Source of the DNA: Vulcanimicrobiota bacterium
GTDB lineage: Bacteria; Vulcanimicrobiota; Xenobia; Xenobiales; JADMJV01
Direction: 5' to 3'
Assembly (NCBI GenBank): GCA_050250895.1
Contig: JBFWNU010000003.1
Location: 363,302 to 427,301, forward strand
DNA: 64,000 bases
The notes below the pieces were generated by a model. The model was not told the DNA's origin. It did not search any database and saw nothing but the letters and a program-made list of their open reading frames with translations. The position numbers and the translations under genes were made by a program. Below, piece after piece: positions 18,469-28,368 of this stretch (position 1 is its first letter; each line of letters starts with the position of its first letter).

Positions 18469-18543
18469 AAAAGAGTCCCCGGGGTAGGGGACTCGCGGCC
18501 GGCCACGGGGGAGGTACGGGGTCAAAACGCCGGCCGTCTACGT

Positions 18544-19233
18544 CTAACCCCAGTGGGCCGGAAGAGTTTCGAGGCGCCGAAACTCGCCCTCGGCCAGCCC
18601 TTCAAGCTCTAGACCTCCAAACGCACTGCGATGCAGATCGACGACCTGATTGCCCAGCAGTTCCAGCATCCTCTTGACCTGGTGAAAGCGGCCTTCGACC
18701 AGCACCAACTCGAGATGGTTCGGCGCCCGCAGGCTGGCCCGAGCTGGCAGCAGTCGCGAGCCGTCAAGTTCTAACTCGCCCGAGGTGAGCATGCCCAGGT
18801 CTTCTTCGCTGAGAGGGTCGCGGGTCTTGACCTGATACACCTTTTCCACCTTGTGCTTGGGCGAAGTCAAACGGTGCAACAGCTGACCGTCGTCGGTCAC
18901 CACCAGCACCCCGGTCGTATCTTTGTCGAGGCGACCGACGCTCGACAGTTTGGGCTTGCGTCGCCCATAGCGCTCGGGCAAGAGCGAATAGACCAGAGGA
19001 GGGTGATCGTCGTGACTGCAGGCGTAGCCGGCCGGCTTGTTAAGCAACAACACCAGCGGGGGCGCCGGGTCCAGCGGTTGCTCGTCGAGCCTCACGGTGG
19101 CCGGGTCGACCTTGACGGCGGCGGAGGCCGGCGGCTTGCCGTCGACCGTCAACCGCCCCTGGCGAATCAGCTTGCCAACCTCTTTTCGCGAGCAGTAGCC
19201 CAGGTTTGACATCACCCGATCAAGACGATTCAT
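18544..19233 (-). CDS. rsuA: rRNA pseudouridine synthase, RsuA family
   Basis: S4 domain RLDRVM...SRKE; VGRLDKDTTG; EGRFHQVKRM. Confidence 0.9.
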   Translation of the reverse strand: MNRLDRVMSNLGYCSRKEVGKLIRQGRLTVDGKPPASAAVKVDPATVRLDEQPLDPAPPLVLLLNKPAGYACSHDDHPPLVYSLLPERYGRRKPKLSSVGRLDKDTTGVLVVTDDGQLLHRLTSPKHKVEKVYQVKTRDPLSEEDLGMLTSGELELDGSRLLPARASLRAPNHLELVLVEGRFHQVKRMLELLGNQVVDLHRSAFGGLELEGLAEGEFRRLETLPAHWG

Positions 19234-20171
19234 TTACGGGCCTCCAGAATCTTGTAGGCATTGGTTCGCTTCAATTCGCGCCAGCTGACATAGAAGGTGT
19301 CCAGGACCTCTTCATAGGGCAGATGCTGGTTGGCTACCAGCATGATACGTCCTCCCGGGCGCAGCGCCCGGGCCGATTCGGTGATGAACTTGAGTCCGGT
19401 TTCTAGGCTCTCGGCCTTGCCCTGGTGAAAGGGCGGGTTGGTGACCACCCAGTCGAAAGCCTCGGTCGGTAGCTCACGAGTCACGTCGGCCCAGTAGAAC
19501 GAGGCCGCGCCCGGAACGTTCTCGCGGGCGCAGTCTAATGCCAGCTTTTCGCTCTCATAGAGATGAGCCCGTCCGCCCGGCAGATTGGCCGCCAGATAGC
19601 CGTAACCGGCACCCAGGTCGGCTATGTCACCCTCCATCTCTTCAGGAAAGCACGACACCAACAGCTGCGAACCTTTGTCGATCTTGTCCCAACCGTAGAT
19701 GCCCGGTCGCGAGACGTAGCCGTGCTCGCGCCGGGTCGGCTCTCCCATGGCCAGCCACTCCTTCGGCGGTTCGGCCTTGGCGCAGCCAAATACCCGCGAC
19801 TTGCGCAGCGGATGGCTGACCACTGCCAGCCCGACCTTCTTCAACTCTTTTTCATAGCGGGCCGCCCCGAGTTCGTTGGGCATGGTGCACCAGAAATGTC
19901 CTCCCTCGGCCAACCAATCCAGGCAGCGGGCAAAGTTCCACAGATTCTCCTGACGTTGCTGGGTGCCCAGGTAAAGGCAGGTGGCATAAGGGGGGCTTGG
20001 CTCGCAGATGCCGGGCAAGCGGTCGGCCTGCAGCCGGCAGGTCTGATGGCAGTCGAGTCGCGCAAATTTCTCCAGCGCTGGATGCTGGCGCGCTCTCACG
20101 AAAAGGGTCGGGGCGGCCGGGTCGGCCACCCCGCTCTTGAAAAGCGCCTCGAGGGCTCTGTTCTCGGGCAC
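19230..20171 (-). CDS. rsmC: Class I SAM methyltransferase, RsmC (16S m2G1207)-like
   Basis: PGIYGWDKIDKGSQLL, DLGAGYG, TNPPFH, VANQHLPY. Confidence 0.75.
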   Translation of the reverse strand: MPENRALEALFKSGVADPAAPTLFVRARQHPALEKFARLDCHQTCRLQADRLPGICEPSPPYATCLYLGTQQRQENLWNFARCLDWLAEGGHFWCTMPNELGAARYEKELKKVGLAVVSHPLRKSRVFGCAKAEPPKEWLAMGEPTRREHGYVSRPGIYGWDKIDKGSQLLVSCFPEEMEGDIADLGAGYGYLAANLPGGRAHLYESEKLALDCARENVPGAASFYWADVTRELPTEAFDWVVTNPPFHQGKAESLETGLKFITESARALRPGGRIMLVANQHLPYEEVLDTFYVSWRELKRTNAYKILEARK

Positions 20172-20746
20172 TACTTGTTCTGGGCCTCGTCTTCAGCCAT
20201 CTCTTTTTCGAGAATCGAGATCAGGTGATTGACGGCCTTCTCGAGCTTGCCCTGGCGATTGGGAATCACATAGTCATACATCGCCGCCTTCGAGAATGCC
20301 GCTTCTGCATTGCGAATTCGCTCCTTAATCTGCTCGCTGTCGTGGGCGCCCTTCTCGATGAGGCGTTGCTCGAGCACCTTGAGCGGAGCCATCAAAAAGA
20401 TGGTGATGCAGTCTGGCCAGCAACGCCGGGCCATCTCGGCCGTGCCCAGGTCCATCAGGCTAAAGGCGTGCCGCCCGCTGCTCACGGCTTTCTCGATAGG
20501 CTCTTTGAGGACTCCATAGGACATGCCGTTCTCGAACTGCCGGTAGGCGGCGAAGCGCTTGGTGGTGAGCATGCGTCCGAAGGCTACCTGGTCGATGAAA
20601 TCATAGTTCTTGTCGTCCGGCCGCCGCGGGCGGGTGGTCACCCGCCGGCAATGAACCAGACGATCCCCGAAATGCTCGAGAAGCTTGACGGTGATGGTCG
20701 ACTTACCCGATCCGGCCGGGCCGTCCAATAGAAAAATCTTGCCCAC
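20171..20746 (-). CDS. gmk: Guanylate kinase
   Basis: DGPAGSGKST, VTTRPRRP, SYG, LEQRL, YDYVIPN; GTG 20746 (upstream ORF extension is repeat DNA). Confidence 0.8.
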   Translation of the reverse strand: MGKIFLLDGPAGSGKSTITVKLLEHFGDRLVHCRRVTTRPRRPDDKNYDFIDQVAFGRMLTTKRFAAYRQFENGMSYGVLKEPIEKAVSSGRHAFSLMDLGTAEMARRCWPDCITIFLMAPLKVLEQRLIEKGAHDSEQIKERIRNAEAAFSKAAMYDYVIPNRQGKLEKAVNHLISILEKEMAEDEAQNK

Positions 20747-20819
20747 CTGGCTGGACTTCCCTCTTCGCGATTTGCATCCCTTCGGGTTCGCCCCCGCTTT
20801 CGCCGGACTCTGGCCTGGC

Positions 20820-21225
20820 CGGCGATCGCCCACTCCGGCTGGGGGATCTCGCCCACTCCGGGTGGGGCCAAGCTCGGCGGGGTAGCCGAGGCTGGCGATC
20901 GCCCACTCCGGCTGGGGGATCTCGCCCACTCCGGGTGGGGCCAAGCTCGGCGGGGTAGCCGAGGCTGGCGATCGCCCACTCCGGCTGGGGCCAAGCTCGG
21001 CGGGCTGGCCGAGGCTAGCGATCGCCCACTCCGGCTGGGGGATTTCGCCCACTCCGGGTGGGGCCAGGGCGGGCGGGCTGTCCGAGGCTGGCGATCGCCC
21101 ACTCCGGCTGGGGGATTTCGCCCACCCCGGGTGGGGCCAGGGCGGGCGGGCTGTCCGAGGCTCGCGATCCCCCACTCCGGCTGGAGGATTTCGCCCACTC
21201 CGGGTGGGGCCAAGCTCGGGAGGCG
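20820..21225. repeat. Tandem repeat array (family B, ~73-bp unit GCGATCGCCCACTCCGGCTGGGGGAT...GGGGCCAAGCTCGGCGG)
   Basis: About six imperfect tandem copies, no unique spacers. Confidence 0.9.
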
Positions 21226-21244
21226 GCCCGAATGGCATGCCCGC

Positions 21245-21730
21245 CAGCCAGGTGTGCGCCGCACAACCAGGTTTCGTCGATGTGCGGCGCAAGTGTGCGC
21301 CGCACAGCCGGGTTTGGCCAGTGTGCGGCGCACCACCGCCGCGGCCCGCCAAGCTCGGCGAGCCCGCCAAAGCCGGCCAGTTCGCCGGGCCAGCCAAGCC
21401 CGGGAGGCGGGGCGAACACTTGCTCGTGTCCGCCCTGCCAGGTGTGCGCCGCACAACCAGGTTTCGTCGATGTACGGCGCAAGTGTGCGCCGCACAGTCG
21501 GGTTTTGCCAGTGTGCGGCGCACCACCGCCGCGGCCCGCCAAGCTCGGCGAGCTCGCCGAGCCAAAGCCGGCCAGTTCGCCGGGCCAGCCAAGCCCGGGA
21601 GGCGGGGCGAACACTTGCTCGTGTCCGCCCTGCCAGGTGTGCGCCGCACAACCAGGTTATGTCGATGTACGGCGCAAGTGTGCGCCGCACAGCCGGGTCT
21701 TGCATGTGCGGCGCACAACCGCCGCACCCC
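21245..21730. repeat. Tandem repeat array (family A, ~190-bp unit with several GTGCGCCGCAC palindromes)
   Basis: About 2.5 copies starting GCCAGGTGTGCGCCGCACAACCAGG. Confidence 0.9.
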
Positions 21731-21785
21731 GAAGCGGCTCGGCAGGCCGCCGCGGCCCGGTCCGGGGAGGCTGGCCGCGCGAGCC

Positions 21786-22454
21786 TCAAGGCTCGTGCCA
21801 GTGGAAGCCGTCGGGCAAAGGCTTGTTAGTAGCCCATTCCAGGTGCAGCACGCGCCGCGCCCGCGATGAGTTGGGCTTCGCTGAGGCGTGGAGCAAGAGA
21901 GGGCGCAGGAGCAGGGCATCTCCTGCCTCAGCTCGACACAAGGTCGATGGACGTTCCTGGCGCGACTCCAGGTCACGGTGGCTGCCGGCAACGACCTCTA
22001 GCGCCCCGTTGTCAGAGTCGGCCAAGTCCAGATGAATTCGTGTGGTCACCATGTCGGCCAGGATCTGGGGCGGGGCCTTGACGTGGGGCACGCCGTCTTT
22101 CACCGATGGGGCCAAGAATACCGCGCTGGGCAGGTGTTCGCGGACCGGGATCATCAGGTCGCGATGCCAGGGGACGCTCCAGCTAGTGAGCTGGTTCTTC
22201 ACGAAGAGGATGGCCCGCACCACGCGGAAGGTGTCGCTCAGTTCCTGGCTCAGGCGGGTCTGGCAGCGAGCCACCACGGTTTCGAGGCCATCGAGCCCGG
22301 CCAGGCGCAAGCCGCCGGCCTTTTCGGGCAACTCGCCTGGCAGGCGACCGATGGTCTCGATGATGTCGCTCTCCGAGAGAAAGCCCCGCCACCAGGCAAA
22401 GCCGTCCCGTTCCAGGGCGCGCGAGATAGTGTTTGGCACCGGGTCACGGTTCAC
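21786..22454 (-). CDS. Phytanoyl-CoA dioxygenase (PhyH) family 2OG-Fe(II) oxygenase
   Basis: WSVPWHRD, RIHLDLADSDNGALEVVAGSH, LLLHAS, RRVLHLE. Confidence 0.85.
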   Translation of the reverse strand: MNRDPVPNTISRALERDGFAWWRGFLSESDIIETIGRLPGELPEKAGGLRLAGLDGLETVVARCQTRLSQELSDTFRVVRAILFVKNQLTSWSVPWHRDLMIPVREHLPSAVFLAPSVKDGVPHVKAPPQILADMVTTRIHLDLADSDNGALEVVAGSHRDLESRQERPSTLCRAEAGDALLLRPLLLHASAKPNSSRARRVLHLEWATNKPLPDGFHWHEP

Positions 22455-22544
22455 TCCTTCTCACCGAACCCCTCCGCCGGCCCACCAAGAAGCTTGGCTT
22501 CACCCTGGTGTCGCCGTATCTCGCCTCGCCTGGTCGGGGCTGCC

Positions 22545-22975
22545 GGTCGCCCACTCCGGCTGGGGCCAAGCTCGGCGGGCTGTCCGAGGCTAGCGATCGC
22601 CCACTCCGGCTGGGGGATTTCGCCCACCCCGGGTGGGGCCAGGGCGGGCGGGCTGGCCGAGGCTCGCGATCGCCCACTCCGGCTGGGGGATCTCGCCCAC
22701 TCCGGCTGGGGCCAAGCTCGGCGGGCTGTCCGAGGCTCGCGATCGCCCACTCCGGCTGGGGGATTTCGCCCACTCCGGGTGGGGCCAAGCTCGGCGGGCT
22801 GTCCGAGGCTCGCGATCGCCCACTCCGGCTGGGGGATTTCGCCCACCCCGGGTGGGGCCAGGGCGGGAGGCGGCCCGAATGGCGTGCCCGCCCTGCCAGG
22901 TGTGCGCCGCACAACCAGGTTTTGTCGATGTACGGCGCAAGTGTGCGCCGCACAGCCGGGCTTGGCGCACCACCG
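22545..22975. repeat. Family B array (22545-22865) followed by a partial family A unit (22875-22975)
   Basis: Same units, order and orientation as 20820-21730. Confidence 0.9.
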
Positions 22976-23099
22976 CCGCGGCCGCCAAAGCCCGCCAAGC
23001 CCGAGCCAAGCGGGCCCGCTCACCAGGAAACGACGCCCCCGCAGGCACCCTGGGAACTAAGTTGGAAGGAGCCTGTTGCACAGGAAGTGGAGGTGCTCA

Positions 23100-23753
23100 A
23101 TGAAGAAGCTCGTCGCCTTGCTCACCCTCGTGGTGCTGGCCGCCTGCGCCAGCAAGCCCGAAGTGGTGGCCCAGACTCAACCGAAGGAAACCCCGCAAAT
23201 GGTAGCTGAAACTGACAAGAATTACGAAACCGCGATTCTCGCGGGCGGTTGCTTCTGGTGCACCGAGGCCATCTATCAGAACCTCAAAGGCGTGGTCGCC
23301 GTCGACTCGGGCTATACCGGCGGGCCGGTCAAGAACCCGACTTACAAGATGGTCTGCAGCGGCGACACTGGCCACGCCGAGGGCGTCAAGATCACCTTCG
23401 ATCCCAAAGTGATCAGCTACGAACAGCTGCTGGATGTCTTCTGGCACACCCACGACCCCACCACCCTCAATCGCCAGGGCAACGATGTCGGCACGCAGTA
23501 TCGATCCGCCATCTATTACCTCAACGACGAGCAGAAAGAGAAGGCCGAGAAATCGAAAGCCGAAGTGGGCAAGAGTGGTCTATGGGACGACCCCATCGTG
23601 ACCGAGATCACCGCCGCCGGGCCGTTCTACTCGGCCGAGACCTATCATCAAGACTACTACGATAACAACCAGAACCAGCCATACTGCAGTCTGGTCATCT
23701 CGCCCAAGCTCAAGAAATTCCGTCAGAAATACTCCGACATGCTCAAGCAGTGA
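23100..23753 (+). CDS. msrA: Peptide methionine sulfoxide reductase MsrA, lipoprotein form
   Basis: GGCFWC, HDPTTLNRQGND, AETYHQDYY; lipobox LAAC. Confidence 0.95.
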   Translation: MKKLVALLTLVVLAACASKPEVVAQTQPKETPQMVAETDKNYETAILAGGCFWCTEAIYQNLKGVVAVDSGYTGGPVKNPTYKMVCSGDTGHAEGVKITFDPKVISYEQLLDVFWHTHDPTTLNRQGNDVGTQYRSAIYYLNDEQKEKAEKSKAEVGKSGLWDDPIVTEITAAGPFYSAETYHQDYYDNNQNQPYCSLVISPKLKKFRQKYSDMLKQ

Positions 23754-23782
23754 TTTCGCCCCGTTAGCCAGAATGCAGCCGG

Positions 23783-25366
23783 GTGGCGGTCAAGTTCACC
23801 CACGCCCAGGGGGGCGAATCGCAAGTCAACATCCCACCCACGGGCCTGGTCGTCGGGCGATTGGGCGGTGGGGCCGACCTCGAACTGTCGGCCGACACCC
23901 ATATGTCGCGCCGCCACGGCCGGCTCTGGCGCGAGGGAGACGAGGTCTGGTACGAAGACCTGGGCAGCTCGAACGGCAGCTGGTGCGACGGGGCGCGGCT
24001 GGCCGGTCCGGTCAAACTCACTCCCGGGGTGTCCCTGCGCCTGGGCAGCACCACCCTGTCGCTGACCCTCGATGACGACCCGCCGGCCCAGCCGGTCGAG
24101 GCTCCACGCATGACCATCATGCTCGACGAATCGGCCGCCGGCGAGGTCGGTTCGCTGACCCAGGAAGAGCAGATGGGTCTCTACATGATGGCTCTCTACG
24201 ATTTCGTTCAGGGGCTGTTGGGCTCGACCCGAGAAGAGTTGATCTCGATGACCCTCAAGCGGCTGCACGAGGTGGTTCCGGCCGCCCAGCGCATTTCGCT
24301 GGTGGCCTGGCCGCCCGACCCCGACCAGGGCTGGCGTCCTTTGCTAGAGGACAGCGGCGAGGCTCCCGAGGGACCTATCAGCCAGAGCATGGCCAGCTAT
24401 GCCGTCGAGAAGCGTCGTGCTTTGCTGCTCTCGGAGGCCAGAGTCGACCCCAAAATCGAGGTCAGTGCAGCTCTGCATGGCATTCGCAGCGCCGTCTATG
24501 TGCCACTGTTCACGCGCGAAGATGAGCCCTTCGGCCTGCTGTGCGTCGACACCCCGGCCGCCTCGGTCCCGTTCACGCCAGGCGACTTCAGGCTCATCCG
24601 GGCCGCCGGGGGCTTGTTGGCCACGGCCCTGGCCAGCGAGCGGCTGCGCGAGATGGCCCGGCAGAAAGAGCTCGAGGCCGAGCAGCTGGCTGCCCGCCGG
24701 GAAGCCATGGTAGCCTTCTTGCGCATCGCCAGCCACGATCTCAAGAACCCGCTAACGGCGATCCATCTGGGGGCGGAGATGATTCGCCGGGTGAAGACGC
24801 TAGAACAGGCCGTCAAAGCTGCCGAAGGCATCATGGATTCGGGACGCCGGGCCCAGATGCTGATCCGCAATTATCTGCAGGTCACCGAGCTAGAGGGCGA
24901 GCATCAGCTCCACGTCAACTGGCAGAGCCTGGATCTGGCGGCGCTGTTGGAGGAAGAGTTCGCCTTCATCGCCCGGGCCGTCGACCTCGAGTCGAAGTTT
25001 CGATTCGAGGCCGAACTCGAGGTAACCGAGGTATGGGCCGACCCCGAGAAGTTGCGCCAGGTTCTCACCAATCTGCTCTCCAACGCCGTCAAGTATTCCC
25101 CTAAGGGAGGCCTGGTGCGCGTGGGTGCTCGGATGGTCGAGGAAGACCTGCGCATCGACGTCAGCGACCAGGGAGTCGGCATGTCCGAAGAGGATCAAAA
25201 GCGCTTATTCAAGCCGTTTGAACGCCTCGGCGACGTCAAGCTGGCCACCGGTACCGGTCTGGGCCTATGGCTGACCCGAGCCCTGGTCGAAGCCCATGGA
25301 GGCAAGATCTGGGTCGAGTCGAGTCCCGGTCAGGGCACCACCTTCTCGTTCCAATTCCCCCAATAG
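23783..25366 (+). CDS. FHA-GAF-histidine kinase
   Basis: VGR...MSRRH...DLGSSNG (FHA); GIRSAVYVPL (GAF); ASHDLKNPL, NLLSNAVKY, GTGLGL. Confidence 0.9.
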   Translation: MAVKFTHAQGGESQVNIPPTGLVVGRLGGGADLELSADTHMSRRHGRLWREGDEVWYEDLGSSNGSWCDGARLAGPVKLTPGVSLRLGSTTLSLTLDDDPPAQPVEAPRMTIMLDESAAGEVGSLTQEEQMGLYMMALYDFVQGLLGSTREELISMTLKRLHEVVPAAQRISLVAWPPDPDQGWRPLLEDSGEAPEGPISQSMASYAVEKRRALLLSEARVDPKIEVSAALHGIRSAVYVPLFTREDEPFGLLCVDTPAASVPFTPGDFRLIRAAGGLLATALASERLREMARQKELEAEQLAARREAMVAFLRIASHDLKNPLTAIHLGAEMIRRVKTLEQAVKAAEGIMDSGRRAQMLIRNYLQVTELEGEHQLHVNWQSLDLAALLEEEFAFIARAVDLESKFRFEAELEVTEVWADPEKLRQVLTNLLSNAVKYSPKGGLVRVGARMVEEDLRIDVSDQGVGMSEEDQKRLFKPFERLGDVKLATGTGLGLWLTRALVEAHGGKIWVESSPGQGTTFSFQFPQ

Positions 25367-25368
25367 GC

Positions 25369-25401
25369 TTTCACGACCCTTTCAGGCCATGGACCTAGAC
25401 T
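25369..25401 (+). promoter_or_regulatory. Direct-repeat promoter motif TTTCA-N6-TTTCA-N11-TAGACT
   Basis: Exact consensus copy upstream of 25417. Confidence 0.75.
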
Positions 25402-25416
25402 GTCATCGAGGTCCTT

Positions 25417-26523
25417 ATGAAAATCGTCAACACGCCATCGCCCATTATCGCCCCCCCGGCCGAGCGCAAGAAAGCGGCTCAAGAGCTGGGTTTTGACGAC
25501 ATCGACGACTACACCGGCCCGGTTGACGGCAAGTCGCATCCGGCCCATCGCGAGCTGTTACGGCCTCTCACCAAAGCGCTGGTGGCGCTGGAGTATCGCA
25601 CCGAGATCGAGGGGGCCGACAAGCTCCCCACCAGTGGGCCGCAGGTCTATTGCCCGACCCATCCCAGTTTTTTTGACCCGGCCGTGGTTTCGACGCTGTT
25701 CGACCGGGATGTGCGCTTTATCGCCAACTATCAGTTTTTCGACGGGGCCCGGGGCAAAATGATGACCTGGGGCGGAGCCTTTCCCGTCGATCTCGAGCGC
25801 GGCTCGCCCAGGGCCGTCAAGCATAGCCTAGAGATCGTCAAGGACGGACTGGGCTTCGTCATCTTCCCCGAAGGCAAGATCAGCGACCGGCCCGATCAGG
25901 TCGACCCACTCAAGAAGGGCGTCGGAATGATCGCCGTGCGCGGGGGGGCCGAGGCAATCACCCCCATCAGCGTTCATTACGTCAAGAACGACAAGGCTCG
26001 CTGGGGCGAGCTTGCGGCCGGATTGGCCACCAGCCTGGCCGTCGGAGTCGGCGCCACCCTGGCCGCCGTGGGGGATCCGGTGCTGCGCACCGTGGCCGGG
26101 GCTGCCACGGGAGCCCTGGCCGGGCTCTATTCAGGCGCCGCCCTGCTGCGCGCGAACACCGAACTCGAGAAGTCCTACGATCAGTTTCCCAAGTTTTTTG
26201 CCGGTCTCAAAGGTGGCGCCCTGGGGGCGGCCGCCGGAGCGGTGGCGGGCGCGGTCGTGGCTGGCTCCTTGCCGTTCGGCGGATTGGTGATGGCGGGGGT
26301 GGGAACCGTGGCCACCGCTGCCCTGGCCGATGCCTGGCGCACCCGCGACGTGGTCAAGGTGACGGTGGGCGATCCGCTGGTGGTCAAGGATTACGTCGAC
26401 AAGTATGGCAAGCGCGAGGCCGATCAGCGCATCAACGAAGACCTGCACACCGCGCTGGGTCACCTCAAAGCCGCTGCCTCTGGCACACCCTACGACGAGA
26501 ACGGCCCCAAAACCCGCGATTAA
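25417..26523 (+). CDS. Lysophospholipid acyltransferase (PlsC-like) with MKI leader and Gly/Ala-rich membrane insertion
   Basis: THPSFFD, GAFPVD, IFPEG motifs. Confidence 0.85.
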   Translation: MKIVNTPSPIIAPPAERKKAAQELGFDDIDDYTGPVDGKSHPAHRELLRPLTKALVALEYRTEIEGADKLPTSGPQVYCPTHPSFFDPAVVSTLFDRDVRFIANYQFFDGARGKMMTWGGAFPVDLERGSPRAVKHSLEIVKDGLGFVIFPEGKISDRPDQVDPLKKGVGMIAVRGGAEAITPISVHYVKNDKARWGELAAGLATSLAVGVGATLAAVGDPVLRTVAGAATGALAGLYSGAALLRANTELEKSYDQFPKFFAGLKGGALGAAAGAVAGAVVAGSLPFGGLVMAGVGTVATAALADAWRTRDVVKVTVGDPLVVKDYVDKYGKREADQRINEDLHTALGHLKAAASGTPYDENGPKTRD

Positions 26524-27103
26524 GGGCGCGTCGGCCCGGCCGCGGCTTGACGGGATCGCCGCGGTTTATAAACGAGCGGGCGGTCACGAGCCGTCGGCGC
26601 AAGCTGGAGTCTTGACGCAGGGTGGGCGCAAGCTGGTGTTTTAGCGCGGAGTTCAGCGGAGGACGCAAAGGCCGCGGAGGGGCTGCCGGCTTGGGGGAGT
26701 GGGCTCTTTAGCGATTTTTATGGTTGAGGCCGGTGCGGCTGGAAGGTCTTTCCACCATAGTTCAAGACGCCGCCGGCCCGATGGTGCCGTACGTGGTAGC
26801 GCCGTCCTCGGCGAGGTTGCTCTTCCGTGCGGCAGTCGGCTTGCCCCGCGACCGTGGTCGAGCCACCCAGGCTGCCGGCGGCGGTACGGCGGTACGGCAC
26901 CAGGTGGTGCCGGATTCGGCACGTGGTGGTGCCGGACTCGTACCCAGGCGAGTTTGCTCTTCCTTCCGTGCTTGAGAGTGGTCTCCATATTGATCGGGAT
27001 CGGGCAAAACCCTAACCCATAAATTCGCCAGGACGCTCACCCCACGCCCCCCACCAACCCTCTCCGTGCCCTCCTCCGCGGTTTATTTCTCAGGCGCCCC
27101 GCC

Positions 27104-27412
27104 GGCGTTCTCGTCGCTCCCTTCGGCGCTTCGCGCCGCGCCGCTGGGCCGACTCCTTCTGAGCGTCGGCCCGGCCGCGGCTTGACGGGACCGCCGAGAA
27201 CGTACGGTCAGGCTGCTAAACTGGGCCGGGGGCGGCGTTCTCGTCGCTCCCTTCGGCGCTTCGCGCCGCGCCGCTGGGCCGACTCCTTGTGAGCGTCGGC
27301 CCGGCCGCGGCTTGACGGGATCGCCAAGAACGTACGGTCAGGCTGCTAAACTGGGCCGGGGGCGGCGTTCTCGTCGCTCCCTTCGGCGCTTCGCGCCGCG
27401 CCGCTGGGCCGA
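27104..27412. repeat. Family C repeat, 130-bp unit, ~2.4 tandem copies; partial copy at 26527-26562
   Basis: GGCGTTCTCGTCGCTCCCTTCGGCGC recurs at 27104, 27234, 27364. Confidence 0.9.
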
Positions 27413-27910
27413 CTAGAGCCGTTTGAGTTCGGCCAGCACGTCCTGGGCTTGTTTCTTGGTCGAGGCGTGGGAGTCGTGCCAGACGACCTTGCCGTCTTTG
27501 ATGAGAAAGGCCTCGCGGTTGGCCACTCCGACCAGGGTGGGCACGCCGAAGGCCCGCAGCACGGTCTGGCCGGGGTCGGGGATGAGCCGGAACGGCAGCT
27601 TATACTTCGCTTTGAACGCCTTTTGGGCCTCGGCTTTGTCGGTGCTCACGCCAATCACCGTCAATCCGGCCTCGGATAGGTCGGTGTAGGCGTCGCGCAG
27701 GCTGCAAGCCTGAGCGGTGCAGCCCGGAGTGTCGGCTTTGGGATAGAAGTAGACCAGTACGATCCCTTCCTGATAGAGCTTGGCCAACTCCACCGGCTTT
27801 CCGTCCTGGTCGACGGCCTCGGGGGTGGGGGCAGAGTCGCCTACCTTCAGGTCGCTGGCGGCCAGGGCGGCCACCGTCAACAGCAATACTAGCAGAATGA
27901 CTTTTTTCAC
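27413..27910 (-). CDS. Peroxiredoxin (BCP/PrxQ) with signal peptide
   Basis: YFYPKADTPGCTAQACSLRD; KKVILLVLLLTVAALA signal. Confidence 0.9.
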   Translation of the reverse strand: MKKVILLVLLLTVAALAASDLKVGDSAPTPEAVDQDGKPVELAKLYQEGIVLVYFYPKADTPGCTAQACSLRDAYTDLSEAGLTVIGVSTDKAEAQKAFKAKYKLPFRLIPDPGQTVLRAFGVPTLVGVANREAFLIKDGKVVWHDSHASTKKQAQDVLAELKRL

Positions 27911-27936
27911 GTGGACTGAGTTCTCTCCGGATCCGG

Positions 27937-28320
27937 TCAAGCCTGCCGGTCCACCTCGGTTGTCTTGTCCTGGTCGGTCTCGGGTCGGGCCAGGGCGTCG
28001 AGCGCTCGCTCTTCCAGGCGCCGGGCTCGGGCGGCGATGGCCAGATCGCCCACCGAGGGGTAGGGCTTTTGGGGAGGAGTGTAGGCTTTGCGCACCTGGG
28101 CGGCCTGGCGGGCAGTGGCGGCGGGATTGCCCTGAATCTCGACCAGTTGGCGGGCCAGCGCCGCCTCGAAGGGAGGCTCGGGCTTCTCTCGTTCCTGGCT
28201 GAGCCGAGCAGCTCTGGCCCCTTCAGCGGGCTCGGGATCGTCCGACAGTGTAAGGGTAGGATTCACAGCGGCCGGAGACGGAGCCGGGGTGGGCCTATGG
28301 GCGACGCTGCTGAGATACAC
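27937..28320 (-). CDS. SprA-related family small protein
   Basis: PAATARQAAQVRKAYTPP..PSVGDLAIAARA resembles the SprA-related C-terminal motif. Confidence 0.6.
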   Translation of the reverse strand: MYLSSVAHRPTPAPSPAAVNPTLTLSDDPEPAEGARAARLSQEREKPEPPFEAALARQLVEIQGNPAATARQAAQVRKAYTPPQKPYPSVGDLAIAARARRLEERALDALARPETDQDKTTEVDRQA

Positions 28321-28341
28321 AGAGACCTTCTTTCGCCCTGT

Positions 28342-28368
28342 CTATCGGCCGAAAGGCGCAAACCTTAA
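28342..28368 (-). promoter_or_regulatory. Sigma-28 (FliA)-like promoter TAAGGTTT-N10-GCCGATAG
   Basis: Close to TAAAGTTT-N11-GCCGATAA, ~20 nt upstream of 28320. Confidence 0.55.

Noticed and set aside
20747-21991. 606-aa ORF suggesting a long N-terminal extension of guanylate kinase
   Set aside because: The extension is translation of stop-free GC-rich repeats, which are open in several frames.
20820-23010. Possible CRISPR array
   Set aside because: Units are contiguous imperfect tandem repeats without unique spacers; no cas genes in the window.
27104-27412. Possible CRISPR array or tRNA cluster
   Set aside because: The entire 130-bp unit repeats with no spacers; no tRNA T-loop/CCA features seen.
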